From Opitutales bacterium (GTDB taxonomy: Bacteria > Verrucomicrobiota > Verrucomicrobiia > Opitutales > T3Sed10-336), in assembly GCA_007130045.1 (NCBI GenBank), contig SLTG01000041.1, forward strand, positions 641 through 64,640: a stretch of 64,000 nt of DNA, given 5' to 3'. Made by a program: the position numbers and the translations under genes. The number at the start of each line of letters is the position of its first letter. Position 1 is the first letter of the stretch. A model generated the notes under the pieces. It was not told the DNA's origin, ran no database searches, and saw only the letters and a program-made list of their open reading frames with translations. This document shows, piece after piece, positions 1 through 10,612 of the stretch.

Positions 1-479
1 ATCACCGGAACGACTGGACCTACGCGCTGGTCCTTCCGCGCCGCCATCCCCTTTTCTCGGCGCGCGCGGGAGATTCGTATCGGCTCGTCCACGAGGTCAT
101 CCGTGACTCCCTGGTTTCACTCGGTCATCCCGTTGCGCTGCACCATCCCGGCGACAAGAAACGTCCGAATTCTCCGTCCGCGCCCGGTGTTTGCTTTCAG
201 AACGCCGAACCGTACGACGTGGTTCACGCCCGGACAGGATTAAAGGTCGCCGGCGCCGCGCAGAAACGGACCAACCACAGTCTGCTCTTCCAGGGCTCCC
301 TCGAACGGGCATCCCTACCCGATTGCGATTGGGATGAACTTCTCGAACCGCTGGTCCGGAATCTCGCCGCCGCGTTCGGTGCCGAACCCGTCGCCACCGG
401 CTGGCCCGACTTCCCGCCCGACGAAGAATCCGGCCTCGCCGAACGATTCGCTTCCGAAGAATGGCTCGAACGACGATGA
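1..479 (+). CDS. Biotin/lipoate A/B protein ligase family protein (LplA/LipB-like), 5' end cut by window edge
   Basis: Frame 3 is open from the first bases to the TGA at 477-479. The translation contains CFQNAEPYDVV...GLKVAGAAQKRTNHSLLFQGSL, the catalytic-lysine region typical of lipoyl/octanoyl ligases. Confidence 0.75.
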   Translation, partial: HRNDWTYALVLPRRHPLFSARAGDSYRLVHEVIRDSLVSLGHPVALHHPGDKKRPNSPSAPGVCFQNAEPYDVVHARTGLKVAGAAQKRTNHSLLFQGSLERASLPDCDWDELLEPLVRNLAAAFGAEPVATGWPDFPPDEESGLAERFASEEWLERR

Positions 480-623
480 TCTTTTTGAAATTCTATCGCT
501 GATTGAAATACCGCCCTCATACTCGGCAACCATGAACCGGGCGATCCCGCTTTAGATGCGCCTCGCCGCCGTTCCACCGATTGCCTCTGGACATCTCCGC
601 AGTCCCGGACAACATTTCAACCT

Positions 624-1313
624 ATGCAGGCGCCACTTCTTCTGCTTTGGGACATCGACGGAACGCTCATCCATTCCGGAGGAGCGGGCGAACGCGCGCT
701 CGTTCGCGCAACGAAGGTCGTTTTGGACGTCGAACTTGATCTCCGGGAAATCGACTGGGCGGGGAGAACCGACCGACGAATCGCTGAAATGATCCTCGAA
801 CATCTTTCCCGTCCCGTAACCGGAGAAACGACCCAAGCCCTGATTGAGACGTATCTCGATTTGCTTCCTGAAGAACTATCCGCACGCCGCGGCACAATTC
901 TCCCGGGCGTCGCCGCGATCCTCGAACACGTCGAGGGCAGCGAACACTTTGCGCAAGGCCTGCTGACCGGCAATATGGAACAGGGCGCTCGGGCCAAACT
1001 CAGCCATTACGGCATCTGGCGCTACTTCCCGTTCGGAGCCTTCGCCGACGACAGCGTCCGCCGCAACGAACTCGGCCCTCACGCGCTACGCAAGGCATCC
1101 GCCCACCACGGCACAACCTTCGTGCCCGAAGAAACGTACGTTATCGGCGACACTCCCCACGACATCGCCTGCGGCAAAGCCGTCGGCGCTCGGACGATCG
1201 CCGTCGCCACCGGCAAATACTCCGTCGAATCCCTGCGGGAACACCACCCGACCGCGCTCTTCACGGATTTCGGCGACACGGACGCCTTTCTCGCGGTCCT
1301 TGATCGCGGCTGA
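624..1313 (+). CDS. HAD-superfamily hydrolase (phosphoglycolate phosphatase-like)
   Basis: ATG at 624. HAD motif I is LWDIDGTL (DxDxT) and motif IV is GDTPHDI. Length is 229 aa. Confidence 0.85.
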   Translation: MQAPLLLLWDIDGTLIHSGGAGERALVRATKVVLDVELDLREIDWAGRTDRRIAEMILEHLSRPVTGETTQALIETYLDLLPEELSARRGTILPGVAAILEHVEGSEHFAQGLLTGNMEQGARAKLSHYGIWRYFPFGAFADDSVRRNELGPHALRKASAHHGTTFVPEETYVIGDTPHDIACGKAVGARTIAVATGKYSVESLREHHPTALFTDFGDTDAFLAVLDRG

Positions 1314-1463
1314 TACACCGGCACGCGAAGCCTCGGGCCATGAGCCGGCGGTCGCGTTCGTTGCCATCATCGGATCCGCATGCGAAACCCGACTCAATTA
1401 CGGCGACTTTCCGTGTCATATGAGTCCCTTATCTCTGGAAATCCGCGCCGTTTCGCGCCCGGT

Positions 1464-1835
1464 TCAAATATGCTTTGAATCGCCGTGGTCTTTTTCGGAG
1501 TAACCTTTGTCCTGGCGGGCGTGATTGACCTTGTTCTTTTCCAGGTAGGCCTGGTGGACGTCGTCGGCGGTCATGCCGAGAACCTGGGCGGCGGAAACGA
1601 GGAAGTGGAAGAGATCGACGACTTCCACTTTGGCGTTCTGCTTGTCGAATTTCTGGTAACGAGCCCACCATTTCCAAGGGACCGAATCGATGAGCTCGGC
1701 GATCTCCTGCTGCATGGCCCGGGTGTAATTCAGAACCCACTGCGCCTGCTCCTCCTCGGAGAGATCCTTCAACTCCACTCCGATCCGTTTGTTCAATTTC
1801 TCCTGCAAATCAAATATTTCTTCAAGTTTGTCCAT
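1464..1835 (-). CDS. All-alpha NTP pyrophosphohydrolase, dimeric dUTPase-like (dUTPase_2 / MazG-like fold)
   Basis: The internal ATG at 1835 (MDKLEEIFDLQEKLNKRIG) is chosen over the longer ORF. The pattern E..EL.D..PWKWW ... D.FHF..S.A...G ... Y..KN..N..R...GY matches my memory of the dimeric dUTPase family. Confidence 0.6.
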   Translation of the reverse strand: MDKLEEIFDLQEKLNKRIGVELKDLSEEEQAQWVLNYTRAMQQEIAELIDSVPWKWWARYQKFDKQNAKVEVVDLFHFLVSAAQVLGMTADDVHQAYLEKNKVNHARQDKGYSEKDHGDSKHI

Positions 1836-2115
1836 TGGCGGTGGCGGGTGGTGTTGAGTTCCTGAGACAGCGTGCAATCTTTATTTAATGATTGTTTTTC
1901 CGCGGAAATGGTTTTTGTTTGAATGTGCGATTGCAAGGCTGAAAACCGAATGCCTCGCGTTAATACAAGATAATTCGAGGCCGCCGAGCACCGGCATTTA
2001 TTCGGAAGCCATGCCCAACGAGATCAGGCGATGGAAATCATTCCCATTAAGAGGGATATAAAACACACCATCAGGCCGGTCCACCGAAACACAAACGGTA
2101 CACAGTATAAGAACA

Positions 2116-3273
2116 ATGGAAGAATCCAAAGAGCAAGAATCAGATAATTCGCAGAACACACCAGAATCAAGCCAGCCCTCTTCACAGAGCAGTCAGGAAA
2201 ACACAACCGGGGCCACCCGCCCGCCCAACCGGCGCCGTCCGCGCCGTCCGGGCGCCGGGGCAACCCCGGCGAGTCCGTCTTCGCCTCCGGCCAGCAAGCA
2301 GTACCCTATATCACCGGGCCCGCTGGACAAACCGGCCCCAAAGGAAAGAGCCGCTTCCGAGCCGAGAGCCGAATCCCCTTCCGAGACCGTTCGGGAGACC
2401 CCGGCGGAGACCCCCGCACCAGCGGAGAAGGCCTCTCCAGCGCCATCCGCTTCGTCAGCCCACTCTTCGCAACCCACCGCAAAGCCTTCCGGATCGGATG
2501 CCGAAGAAAAGGGAGGCCAGGCTAAATCCCCGCGATCCGCATCAGACGAAGGGGAATCGAAATCAGGTGACGACAAGGGCGAACCGCGTCCGCGCCGACG
2601 GCGCAGACGCGGAGGCCGCAACAGACGCGGAGGAGGTCCCGGAAGTGAGAAAGGAAAAACCGAAGGCCAGGAGACCGCGCAATCCGATCAACCCAAAGAA
2701 GGCGGCCCGGCGGGCCGTGGCGCCGGAGGACGTCAGCGTCCGCAGGGGAAGGGACAGGGAGATTCCGCCCGGCGCGGCCGCAGACGGCGGCGTCCATCGG
2801 ACGCCCGATCCGGCGGCGGCCGGGACGCTCCACAGTCGCGTCCTCGCGAGGAGCCGACCAGCGAAAAGAAGGGCTTGATCTCGAAAGTGGGCGGCTGGCT
2901 CCGTTCGATCGTCACCCCATCGGAGGGCAACGACGAGTCAGAGCCGAAAACGGCCCGCAAGTCGAAGACACCACGCAAGCGGCCGGCGAATGAAGGCGGC
3001 CGCAACCGGGAAAACCAGCGGAAACGCCCGCGACGGACGGGTGGACGCGGCGGGCCGCGCAAAGACGGGCCCGACCGCGACAGCGAGCGCCCGTCGCGCC
3101 CCGAATCGTCGTCCTCGTCTCGCGACAGGCCGGTTGATTCGGAAAGTCCTTCGGACGCGTCCACGTCGAGATCATCCGCGTCGCGCTCCAATTCGACTTC
3201 TCCATCTTCGACGTTCCAGTGGGAGAAATCCTCGTCGGAACAACCGGCGAAGGACTGGCGTCCGGGTAATTAA
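2116..3273 (+). CDS. Hypothetical intrinsically disordered Ser/Pro/Arg/Gly/Glu-rich protein
   Basis: This is the only ORF spanning the 1.2-kb gap between an AT-rich divergent promoter region and murA. Codon choice (gaa, aaa, ccg, tcg, cgc) resembles neighbouring genes. Arg runs include RRRRRRGGRNRRGG and RRGRRRRRP. No homology recognised. Confidence 0.5.
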   Translation: MEESKEQESDNSQNTPESSQPSSQSSQENTTGATRPPNRRRPRRPGAGATPASPSSPPASKQYPISPGPLDKPAPKERAASEPRAESPSETVRETPAETPAPAEKASPAPSASSAHSSQPTAKPSGSDAEEKGGQAKSPRSASDEGESKSGDDKGEPRPRRRRRRGGRNRRGGGPGSEKGKTEGQETAQSDQPKEGGPAGRGAGGRQRPQGKGQGDSARRGRRRRRPSDARSGGGRDAPQSRPREEPTSEKKGLISKVGGWLRSIVTPSEGNDESEPKTARKSKTPRKRPANEGGRNRENQRKRPRRTGGRGGPRKDGPDRDSERPSRPESSSSSRDRPVDSESPSDASTSRSSASRSNSTSPSSTFQWEKSSSEQPAKDWRPGN

Positions 3274-3278
3274 TCGCA

Positions 3279-4571
3279 ATGGACGTACTCCGTATTCGCG
3301 GTGGTAAACGCCTTCAGGGTGAAGTCACGGTAAGCGGCGCGAAAAACGCGGCTCTCCCGATTTTCGCGGCGACCCTTCTGACGGAGGAGCCGTGCATAAT
3401 CCGGAACGTTCCGGATTTGAGCGATATCCGCTTTATGGCGGAAATCCTGGATAAACTTGGAGCGACAGTGGAGCGAGAGGACTCGCGTTCCTGGCGTATC
3501 GAAGCGAAGAAGATCGCCAGCCGGGCGCCCTATGAACTCGTTCGCAAGATGCGCGCATCGGTCTGCCTGATGGGTCCGCTTCTCGGACGGGTCCGCGCCT
3601 CCTCGGTGTCGCTGCCCGGGGGTTGCGTGATCGGACCGAGGCCCATCGACATTCATTTGAAGGGGTTCGCCAAGCTCGGGTGTTCCATCGAGATCGCGAA
3701 AGGGTACGTTGAGATCGACGGACGCAACATGAGGGGGGCCGACGTCTTTCTGGGCGGCCGTCACGGGAGCACCGTGCTCGGCACCGCCAACATTCTGATG
3801 GCGGCGGTACTGACTCCCGGCAGGACCCGGATCGAAAGCGCCGCCTGCGAACCGGAGGTCGTCGATCTGTGCCACATGCTTCAGGCGATGGGAGCGAAAA
3901 TCGAGGGCGTGGGAAGTCACGCGCTGGTGGTGGAAGGGGTCGAACGGCTACACGGGTGCGACTACCCGGTGATTCCGGACCGGATCGAGGCGGGAACGTT
4001 GATCCTCGCAGCCGCCATTACCGAAGGCGACGTAACGGTCAAAGACATGCGCCCGGACCACCTTCCCGCCCTCCTGGACAAGCTGGAAGAATCCGGGCTG
4101 CCGCTCACCCTCACCGACGAGAGCGTGCGGGTTCGCTCCAACGGACAATTGAAGCCCGTGGACGTGATCACTCATCCGCATCCCGGTTTCCCGACGGACC
4201 TTCAGGCGCAAATGAGCGCCCTGATGAGCGTCACGCCCGGTCTCAGCATAATAACGGAAAAAATCTATCCCTCGCGCTTCATGCACGTACCGGAACTCCA
4301 GCGTATGGGCGCGGATATTTCGATCGAAGGGTCCAACGCCATTGTGAAAGGCGGCGGACGCCTTTCCGGGGCGCCCGTCATGGCCTCGGATCTGCGCGCA
4401 AGCGCCGCACTCGTCCTCGCGGGTCTCGCCGCGAACAGCGACACCTGGATTCAGCGCGTTTACCACCTGGACCGGGGCTACGAAAAGATCGAGGATAAAC
4501 TTGTGGCACTCGGGGCCGATATCGAGCGTGTTTCGGACCGGGACATCCCGAACGACCTTATCGATCCATGA
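3279..4571 (+). CDS. murA: UDP-N-acetylglucosamine 1-carboxyvinyltransferase
   Basis: [29 protein letters not shown]-terminus, active-site Cys loop [15 protein letters not shown], 430 aa. Confidence 0.97.
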   Translation: MDVLRIRGGKRLQGEVTVSGAKNAALPIFAATLLTEEPCIIRNVPDLSDIRFMAEILDKLGATVEREDSRSWRIEAKKIASRAPYELVRKMRASVCLMGPLLGRVRASSVSLPGGCVIGPRPIDIHLKGFAKLGCSIEIAKGYVEIDGRNMRGADVFLGGRHGSTVLGTANILMAAVLTPGRTRIESAACEPEVVDLCHMLQAMGAKIEGVGSHALVVEGVERLHGCDYPVIPDRIEAGTLILAAAITEGDVTVKDMRPDHLPALLDKLEESGLPLTLTDESVRVRSNGQLKPVDVITHPHPGFPTDLQAQMSALMSVTPGLSIITEKIYPSRFMHVPELQRMGADISIEGSNAIVKGGGRLSGAPVMASDLRASAALVLAGLAANSDTWIQRVYHLDRGYEKIEDKLVALGADIERVSDRDIPNDLIDP

Positions 4572-5608
4572 ACGAGGCGGACAAAGGCGCCAATTACATC
4601 AAGGCCACGCTGGAGGCCCCGGTTTCCGGCGACGAAGCCGTTCTCCGTCCCACCCGGTTCACCGATTTCACCGGTCAGCGCAAAACGATCGAACGGCTCC
4701 AGGTCATGGTCGGTGCCGCGCGGCGTCGCGGCGATCCGCTCAACCATATCCTCTTCAGCGGACCGCCGGGGCTCGGGAAGACCACGCTGGCATTCATTCT
4801 CGGCCACGAGATGGGGAAAAACGTCCGCATCACCTCGGGCCCGGTGATTGAAAAGCCCGGCGATCTGGCCGGACTGCTGACCAACCTCGAGGAAGGCGAC
4901 ATCCTCTTCATCGACGAGATTCACCGCATATCCAAGACCGTCGAGGAATACCTTTATTCGGCGATGGAGGATTTCCGTCTGGACATCATGATCGACCAGG
5001 GTCCGAACGCCCGGAGTGTCCGGCTCAATCTTCCGCGTTTCACGCTCGTCGGCGCCACCACCCGGAGCGGTCTCCTGACGACGCCGCTGCGAAGCCGGTT
5101 CACGTTGCAGACCCGTCTCGATTATTACAACAAGGAGGATCTGCTCTCGATCGTCCGCCGAACGTGCCGGCTTCTCGACGTGTCCGTCGATCCGGACGGC
5201 GCCCGAGAGATTGCCACTCGCGCCCGCGGCACCCCGCGGATCGTCAACAACCTGATCAATTTCGTACGGGACTTCGCCCAGGAACGCGCGTCGGGCGTCA
5301 TCACGCGGGAGGTCGCGATTTCCGCGCTGGAGCTTCTGGAGATCGACGCGCGCGGACTCGATGAAATGGACAAGCGCGCGCTCAAGGTAATCGCCGACAA
5401 CTATAACGGGGGGCCCGTCGGACTCGCCACGGTCGCGATCGCGGTGGGTGAAGAACCGGAAACGCTGGAGGAGGTTCACGAGCCCTTTCTGATCCAGGAA
5501 GGCTACCTTCAAAGGACTCCACAGGGCCGCGTCCTCACCCCGAAAGGCTACGGCGCGATCGGTCAACGCCCCGGCGCCGCTCACCCCGAACAGCCCAACC
5601 TGTTTTAA
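4568..5608 (+). CDS. ruvB: Holliday junction branch migration DNA helicase RuvB
   Basis: ATGA overlap with the murA stop. Walker A is GPPGLGKTT and Walker B is ILFIDEIHR. RuvB C-terminal winged-helix region present. Confidence 0.97.
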   Translation: MNEADKGANYIKATLEAPVSGDEAVLRPTRFTDFTGQRKTIERLQVMVGAARRRGDPLNHILFSGPPGLGKTTLAFILGHEMGKNVRITSGPVIEKPGDLAGLLTNLEEGDILFIDEIHRISKTVEEYLYSAMEDFRLDIMIDQGPNARSVRLNLPRFTLVGATTRSGLLTTPLRSRFTLQTRLDYYNKEDLLSIVRRTCRLLDVSVDPDGAREIATRARGTPRIVNNLINFVRDFAQERASGVITREVAISALELLEIDARGLDEMDKRALKVIADNYNGGPVGLATVAIAVGEEPETLEEVHEPFLIQEGYLQRTPQGRVLTPKGYGAIGQRPGAAHPEQPNLF

Positions 5609-5619
5609 GGAACCGGCGG

Positions 5620-6024
5620 CTATCCGCCTGAAATGACGGGCCGAAACCCCTCCGCGCCAAAGAATTCAACCAGCCTTTCGCGGTGGTCGCCCTGCAACTC
5701 GATCCGTCGGTCCTTAACCGCGCCCCCCACGCCCATACCTTTGCGCAGGCGCTTTGCCAACGCCTCGGTTTCCTTCTTTCCAAGGAAGTCCAGTCCGGAT
5801 ACGACGGTCACGATCTTTCCTCCGCGACCGGATTTCTCGCGCCGGATATCGACCCGCCGCCGTCCCGGCGAGCCGGATTTCCCCGCCGCGCGCGCCGGAT
5901 CCGATGCACGCTTCATCGCGTCGCTCGCCGCAGGCGCAGCAAAAGCGTCAGGATTGAGATCCTCAAAAGGATTCTGACTCAACTTCGCGCCCCCGCCTGT
6001 CGAAACTCGTTTGCCGCCCTTCAT
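5620..6024 (-). CDS. Translation initiation factor SUI1/YciH family protein
   Basis: C-terminal RRVDIRREKSGRGGKIVTVVSGLD...LAKRLRKGMGVGGAVKDRRIELQGDHRERLVEFF is the SUI1 domain. The internal ATG at 6024 (MKGGKRV) is chosen because the longer N-terminal extension looks non-coding. Confidence 0.85.
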   Translation of the reverse strand: MKGGKRVSTGGGAKLSQNPFEDLNPDAFAAPAASDAMKRASDPARAAGKSGSPGRRRVDIRREKSGRGGKIVTVVSGLDFLGKKETEALAKRLRKGMGVGGAVKDRRIELQGDHRERLVEFFGAEGFRPVISGG

Positions 6025-6034
6025 CCGGGATGCG

Positions 6035-6289
6035 TCACCTCCCGGACGACCGCTCTGCGCCACCGCCAGCCAAACCTTCCGTATCGAGAAATTCCATTGC
6101 TTTCCGGTAACTCCGTCGCTCGAGAAAATGCCGCAACCGCTCGGGCAGTCGCCCGCCTTCAGCGCGGACGAGTTCGTCGAGGTTCCGCAATGATTCGGAA
6201 ATCGCGCCGTCATCCCCGTTGCACATGGCCCGATCCAAATTCCCGAGTTCCTTTCTCACCGAGTCCAAAACGTTCGTCAGCTCGCTCAT
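6035..6289 (-). CDS. Small hypothetical protein (84 aa), upstream of and co-directional with the SUI1 gene
   Basis: ATG at 6289 (MSELTNVLDSVRKEL...). Helical, charged sequence ending RLRHFLERRSYRKAMEFL. A 10-nt gap separates it from the SUI1 gene. No family recognised. Confidence 0.45.
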   Translation of the reverse strand: MSELTNVLDSVRKELGNLDRAMCNGDDGAISESLRNLDELVRAEGGRLPERLRHFLERRSYRKAMEFLDTEGLAGGGAERSSGR

Positions 6290-6377
6290 CAGTCCACAAT
6301 CTATGCAAGAATCCCGGTCGAGGAACAAGAAGAAATAAAAAAAGGAAGTATTCACACTTGTAACGATCCCGCGTTTG

Positions 6378-9197
6378 ATGCATGGTATAAGTCAAATTGT
6401 GAGTCAGCCGAAAATGCATGCTTCAGGCAGCGGGATAAGTCAGCTATCCTTTGCGAACATAGAAAATGCGGATCTCATCGACCAATACTACGCCTCTTGG
6501 AAAGTGGATCCCTCGTCCGTCGACGCCGGGTGGCGCGCATTTTTTGAAGGATTTGAATTAGCGAACGAACGTGGCGACGGAAACGGACGCGGCGTGCTTG
6601 CATCCAAGCCGCGCCCGGCCACCGACGCCGTCAAACAATCGCGGGTTGACAGTCTGATCTACGCCCACCGGGGGCTGGGTCATCTTATCGCGGATGTCGA
6701 TCCGTTGCGCCCTGCGCCGGAGTCGCATCCCAATCTCGAACTCGGCAATTTCAAGCTGACGGATGACGACCTGGAAAGATCGTTCGATGCGGGGCACCTT
6801 CTCGACGGCGGGACAATGAAGCTCCGCGAAATCATCGGGATCCTGCGCGAGACATACTGCGGTCCCGTCGGGGCCGAATACATCTACATTCAAAACAAGG
6901 AAATCCGCCGCTGGCTCCAGCGCCGGATGGAGCCCGTCCGCAACCGGCCCAATTTCTCGAAACAGAAGAAAATCCGGATCCTCCGGAAGATCCACGAAGC
7001 CGAGATCTTCGAACGCTTTCTTCACACCCGGTATTCCGGCCAGAAACGATTTTCACTCGAAGGCGCCGAGACCACGATCGCCTGCCTGGACACATTGATT
7101 GAAAAATGCCCTGAATTCGGCGTCAAAGAAGTGGTCATGGGAATGGCCCACCGGGGACGGCTCAACGTGCTCGCGAACATCATGCGAAAATCGTACGAGT
7201 TGATCTTCGAAGAATTCACGGAGAACTATATTCCCGATTCGGTGTTCGGCGACGGCGACGTGAAATACCATCTTGGATACGAATCGTCCCTCAAGACCTC
7301 CTCCGGAGAGAATGTGGAGGTTCGGCTGGCTTCGAACCCGAGCCATCTCGAAGCCGTCAATCCGGTAGTGGAAGGCAGCGCGCGCGCGCGCCAGCGCCTG
7401 CGGGGCGATACCGACAGGAAAGTCGTGCTGCCGCTCCTTATCCACGGCGATTCCGCTTTTTCGGGTCAGGGTATCGTGGCGGAAACGTTGAACTTCTCGC
7501 AGCTTCCCGGATACCGCACCGGCGGAACGATTCACCTGGTCATCAACAATCAGATCGGGTTCACAACAAAACCTTCGGAAGCACGATCGAGCCGCTACTG
7601 TACCGACATCGCGAAGATGATCGAAGCGCCTATATTCCACGTCAACGGGGACAATCCCCTGGCGGTGGCGATGATAATGGAACTGGCTCTCGACTTCCGG
7701 CAGACCTACCAGCGGGACATCGTGATCGATATGTACTGCTACAGGAGGCACGGGCACAATGAGATGGACGAGCCGATGTTCACCCAGCCGATCCTCTACC
7801 AGGAAATCGCCAAACATTCCTCCATCAGCAAAATTCTCACTCGCCGGCTAATCGACGAAGGGACGCTGAGCGAAAGCGAATCGGACAAGATCCAATCGGA
7901 GTACCGGAAGACTCTCGATGACGCATTCGACCGGGTCAGCCAGGCCCAGGAGAAAGCCAGGCAGAGCGATCAGTCGGCCGAGGCGAAGATATTCCGCGGA
8001 TCCAATGCCGTATTCCAGCCTCCCTACTCCTTCGATCCCATTGAAACCGGCGTCAGTTTGAAGCTGTTGAGCAAGGCGGCCCACGGCCTTTCCAAGGTAC
8101 CCGAGAACTTCAAGGTCAATCCCAAGATCAAGCGACAACTCGCGGCCCGACGCAAGGCTTTCGCTGAAGATCTCCCGATCGACTGGGGCTTTGCCGAGGA
8201 CATGGCCTACGGAACCCTGCTGCTGGAAGGGACTCCCGTACGACTGTCGGGCCAGGATTCGGAACGCGGCACGTTCAGCCACCGGCACGCGGCATTTTAC
8301 GATCTGGAAACCAGCGAACGTTTCGTCCCGCTTCTCAACCTGGACGATGACCAGGCCCAGTTCTGTGTATATAATTCCACGCTGTCGGAAGCGGGCGTGC
8401 TCGGTTTCGATTTCGGTTATTCTCTGGACTATCCGCAAATGCTCTGCGTGTGGGAGGCCCAGTTCGGCGACTTCGCGAACGGCGCCCAGGTAATCATCGA
8501 CCAGTTCATCACCACGAGCGAGTCCAAATGGCAGCGCGTCAGCGGCATCGTCCTCTTCCTCCCCCACGGTTACGAAGGCCAGGGTCCCGAACATTCGTCC
8601 GCGCGCGTGGAAAGATTCCTTCAGACCGCCGCGGAGGACAATATCCAGGTCTGCAATGCCACCAACGCCGCGCAATTCTTCCACCTGTTGCGCCGCCAGA
8701 TGAAGCAGCCCTACCGCAAGCCGCTCATCATTATGACTCCGAAACTCCTCCTGCGCCACAAAGGAGCGGCGTCCCCCATTGAGGCATTCACCCGGGGCGG
8801 TTTCGAGCAGCTCCTCGACGATCCCAACCCTCCCGACAAAGCCGAACGGCTGATCCTTTGTTCCGGAAAAATCTTTTACGACCTGGACGAATTCCGCAAG
8901 AGGCACAAGATCGAGAATACCGCCATCGTGAGGATCGAACAGCTTTATCCCCTCGACCGGGAACGGCTCGCTGAAATCGCGGGTCGCTATAAGCGCGTGA
9001 AGGAAATCGTCTGGTGCCAGGAGGAATCTCAGAACATGGGCGCATGGTTTTACATTTCCCCGCTGATTGAAGAGGTTCTGGGTCACCGTCCCCGGTACGC
9101 GGGACGCGGCGCGAGCGCAAGTCCGGCGGTGGGTTCGCTCGCCCGCCACAAAATCGAACTCCGGGAATTCCTGGACGACGCGTTTTCACAGAAATAA
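6378..9197 (+). CDS. sucA: 2-oxoglutarate dehydrogenase E1 component
   Basis: N-terminal LSFANIENADLIDQYYASWKVDPSSVDAGWRAFF, ThDP region GDSAFSGQGIVAETLN, about 930 aa. The start is ambiguous: ATG at 6378 or ATG at 6414. Confidence 0.95.
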   Translation: MHGISQIVSQPKMHASGSGISQLSFANIENADLIDQYYASWKVDPSSVDAGWRAFFEGFELANERGDGNGRGVLASKPRPATDAVKQSRVDSLIYAHRGLGHLIADVDPLRPAPESHPNLELGNFKLTDDDLERSFDAGHLLDGGTMKLREIIGILRETYCGPVGAEYIYIQNKEIRRWLQRRMEPVRNRPNFSKQKKIRILRKIHEAEIFERFLHTRYSGQKRFSLEGAETTIACLDTLIEKCPEFGVKEVVMGMAHRGRLNVLANIMRKSYELIFEEFTENYIPDSVFGDGDVKYHLGYESSLKTSSGENVEVRLASNPSHLEAVNPVVEGSARARQRLRGDTDRKVVLPLLIHGDSAFSGQGIVAETLNFSQLPGYRTGGTIHLVINNQIGFTTKPSEARSSRYCTDIAKMIEAPIFHVNGDNPLAVAMIMELALDFRQTYQRDIVIDMYCYRRHGHNEMDEPMFTQPILYQEIAKHSSISKILTRRLIDEGTLSESESDKIQSEYRKTLDDAFDRVSQAQEKARQSDQSAEAKIFRGSNAVFQPPYSFDPIETGVSLKLLSKAAHGLSKVPENFKVNPKIKRQLAARRKAFAEDLPIDWGFAEDMAYGTLLLEGTPVRLSGQDSERGTFSHRHAAFYDLETSERFVPLLNLDDDQAQFCVYNSTLSEAGVLGFDFGYSLDYPQMLCVWEAQFGDFANGAQVIIDQFITTSESKWQRVSGIVLFLPHGYEGQGPEHSSARVERFLQTAAEDNIQVCNATNAAQFFHLLRRQMKQPYRKPLIIMTPKLLLRHKGAASPIEAFTRGGFEQLLDDPNPPDKAERLILCSGKIFYDLDEFRKRHKIENTAIVRIEQLYPLDRERLAEIAGRYKRVKEIVWCQEESQNMGAWFYISPLIEEVLGHRPRYAGRGASASPAVGSLARHKIELREFLDDAFSQK

Positions 9198-9200
9198 GAA

Positions 9201-10469
9201 ATGGCAATAGAAGTGAAAGTCCCCAGCGTGGGCGAATCGATCACCTCCGGCATCCTCGCTTCGTGGCGGGTGAGCGACGGAGATTACGTCAAACGGGACC
9301 AACCCATCTTCGACCTGGAGACGGACAAGATCACGTCTGAAGGGCTGGCATCCTCCAACGGTCGCATTTCGCTGAAAGTGGACGAAGGCGAGGAGGTGGA
9401 GATCGGTCAGGTTGTGGCGGAGATCGACGAATCGGCCGATTCGTCGGGAGACGGATCGGGAAGCAAAAAAGAACAATCGGAATCCGAAAAAGCCGGCGAA
9501 AAGGCGCCTTCTGCGAAGGAGGAAAAGGACCCCTCCGAAAAAGAGACCGGTCATCCGCTCTCTCCGGCCGCTCGGCGTGCCGCCGAAGAATCCAACGTCG
9601 ATGTCTCCGGGATCAAAGGTTCGGGCAAAGACGGGCGCGTCACCAAGAACGATGTACTCGAAGCGGTCAAGAAACAGCAAGACGAGGAAGGAGAGCCCGA
9701 GAAACAGGAAGCGTCCAGGGAAAAGGAATCCTCCGGAAAGCCCGAAGCACCGCGTGCTTCGGAGCAGGGCGAACGGACGACGCGCAAGAAGCTCTCTCCC
9801 ATGCGGCGGCGCATCGCCGAACGCCTCGTCGCCTCCCAGCGTGAAACCGCGACTCTCACCACCTTCAACGAGGTCGATCTATCGACGGTGAAAACGATGC
9901 GCGCACGCTACCAGGATCGCTTCGTCGATAAATACGGCATCAAACTAGGCTTTATGTCGTTTTTCATCAAAGCCTCGGTTCATGCGCTCAAAGAAGTGCC
10001 CGCAGTCAACGCCCAGCTCGACGGCGACACCCTGGTGCAGAATCATTTCCACGATATTTCGGTCGCCGTCAGCACGGACAAAGGACTGCTCGTTCCTGTT
10101 ATCCGCGACTGCGACCGGCTCAGCTACGCGGAGATCGAAAAACGAATCGCCGACGTCGCCGAACGGGCCAAAGAGGGGAAAATTCAATTCGACGAACTGG
10201 AGGGCGGAGTCTTTACCATAACCAATGGCGGAATCTTCGGCTCGATGCTCTCGACTCCGGTGATCAATCCGCCGCAAAGCGCCATCCTCGGCATGCACGC
10301 CATCCAGGACCGGCCGGTGGTTGTCGGAGGCGAAGTCAAAATACGCCCGATCATGCAACTCGCCCTCTCCTACGACCACCGGATCATCGACGGGCGCGAA
10401 GCGGTTACGTTTCTCCGCAATATCAAAGAGGCGCTCGAAGATCCGGCCAGGATTCTGCTGGAGCTTTGA
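9201..10469 (+). CDS. sucB: Dihydrolipoyllysine-residue succinyltransferase (E2 of 2-oxoglutarate dehydrogenase)
   Basis: Lipoyl domain with LETDKI, charged linkers, E3-binding domain ([31 protein letters not shown]), catalytic [12 protein letters not shown]. Confidence 0.95.
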   Translation: MAIEVKVPSVGESITSGILASWRVSDGDYVKRDQPIFDLETDKITSEGLASSNGRISLKVDEGEEVEIGQVVAEIDESADSSGDGSGSKKEQSESEKAGEKAPSAKEEKDPSEKETGHPLSPAARRAAEESNVDVSGIKGSGKDGRVTKNDVLEAVKKQQDEEGEPEKQEASREKESSGKPEAPRASEQGERTTRKKLSPMRRRIAERLVASQRETATLTTFNEVDLSTVKTMRARYQDRFVDKYGIKLGFMSFFIKASVHALKEVPAVNAQLDGDTLVQNHFHDISVAVSTDKGLLVPVIRDCDRLSYAEIEKRIADVAERAKEGKIQFDELEGGVFTITNGGIFGSMLSTPVINPPQSAILGMHAIQDRPVVVGGEVKIRPIMQLALSYDHRIIDGREAVTFLRNIKEALEDPARILLEL

Positions 10470-10612
10470 TCGAATCGCAGCAGTGGTTTCGTCGGATCCG
10501 GACCGCTCATTACGGGGCGTCGCACGCGCCCGCTTCAGTTCCAAAATCGCACAAGCCAACTTGAAGACGTCCCGCCGGGGGCCGATTCAAACCCGGAGAT
10601 AACAGAATAATC

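Noticed and set aside
2024-2263. 79-aa minus-strand ORF with hydrophobic stretch overlapping the start of the disordered-protein gene
   Set aside because: It straddles the AT-rich promoter region, has no SD or start context, and overlaps the better-supported plus-strand ORF.
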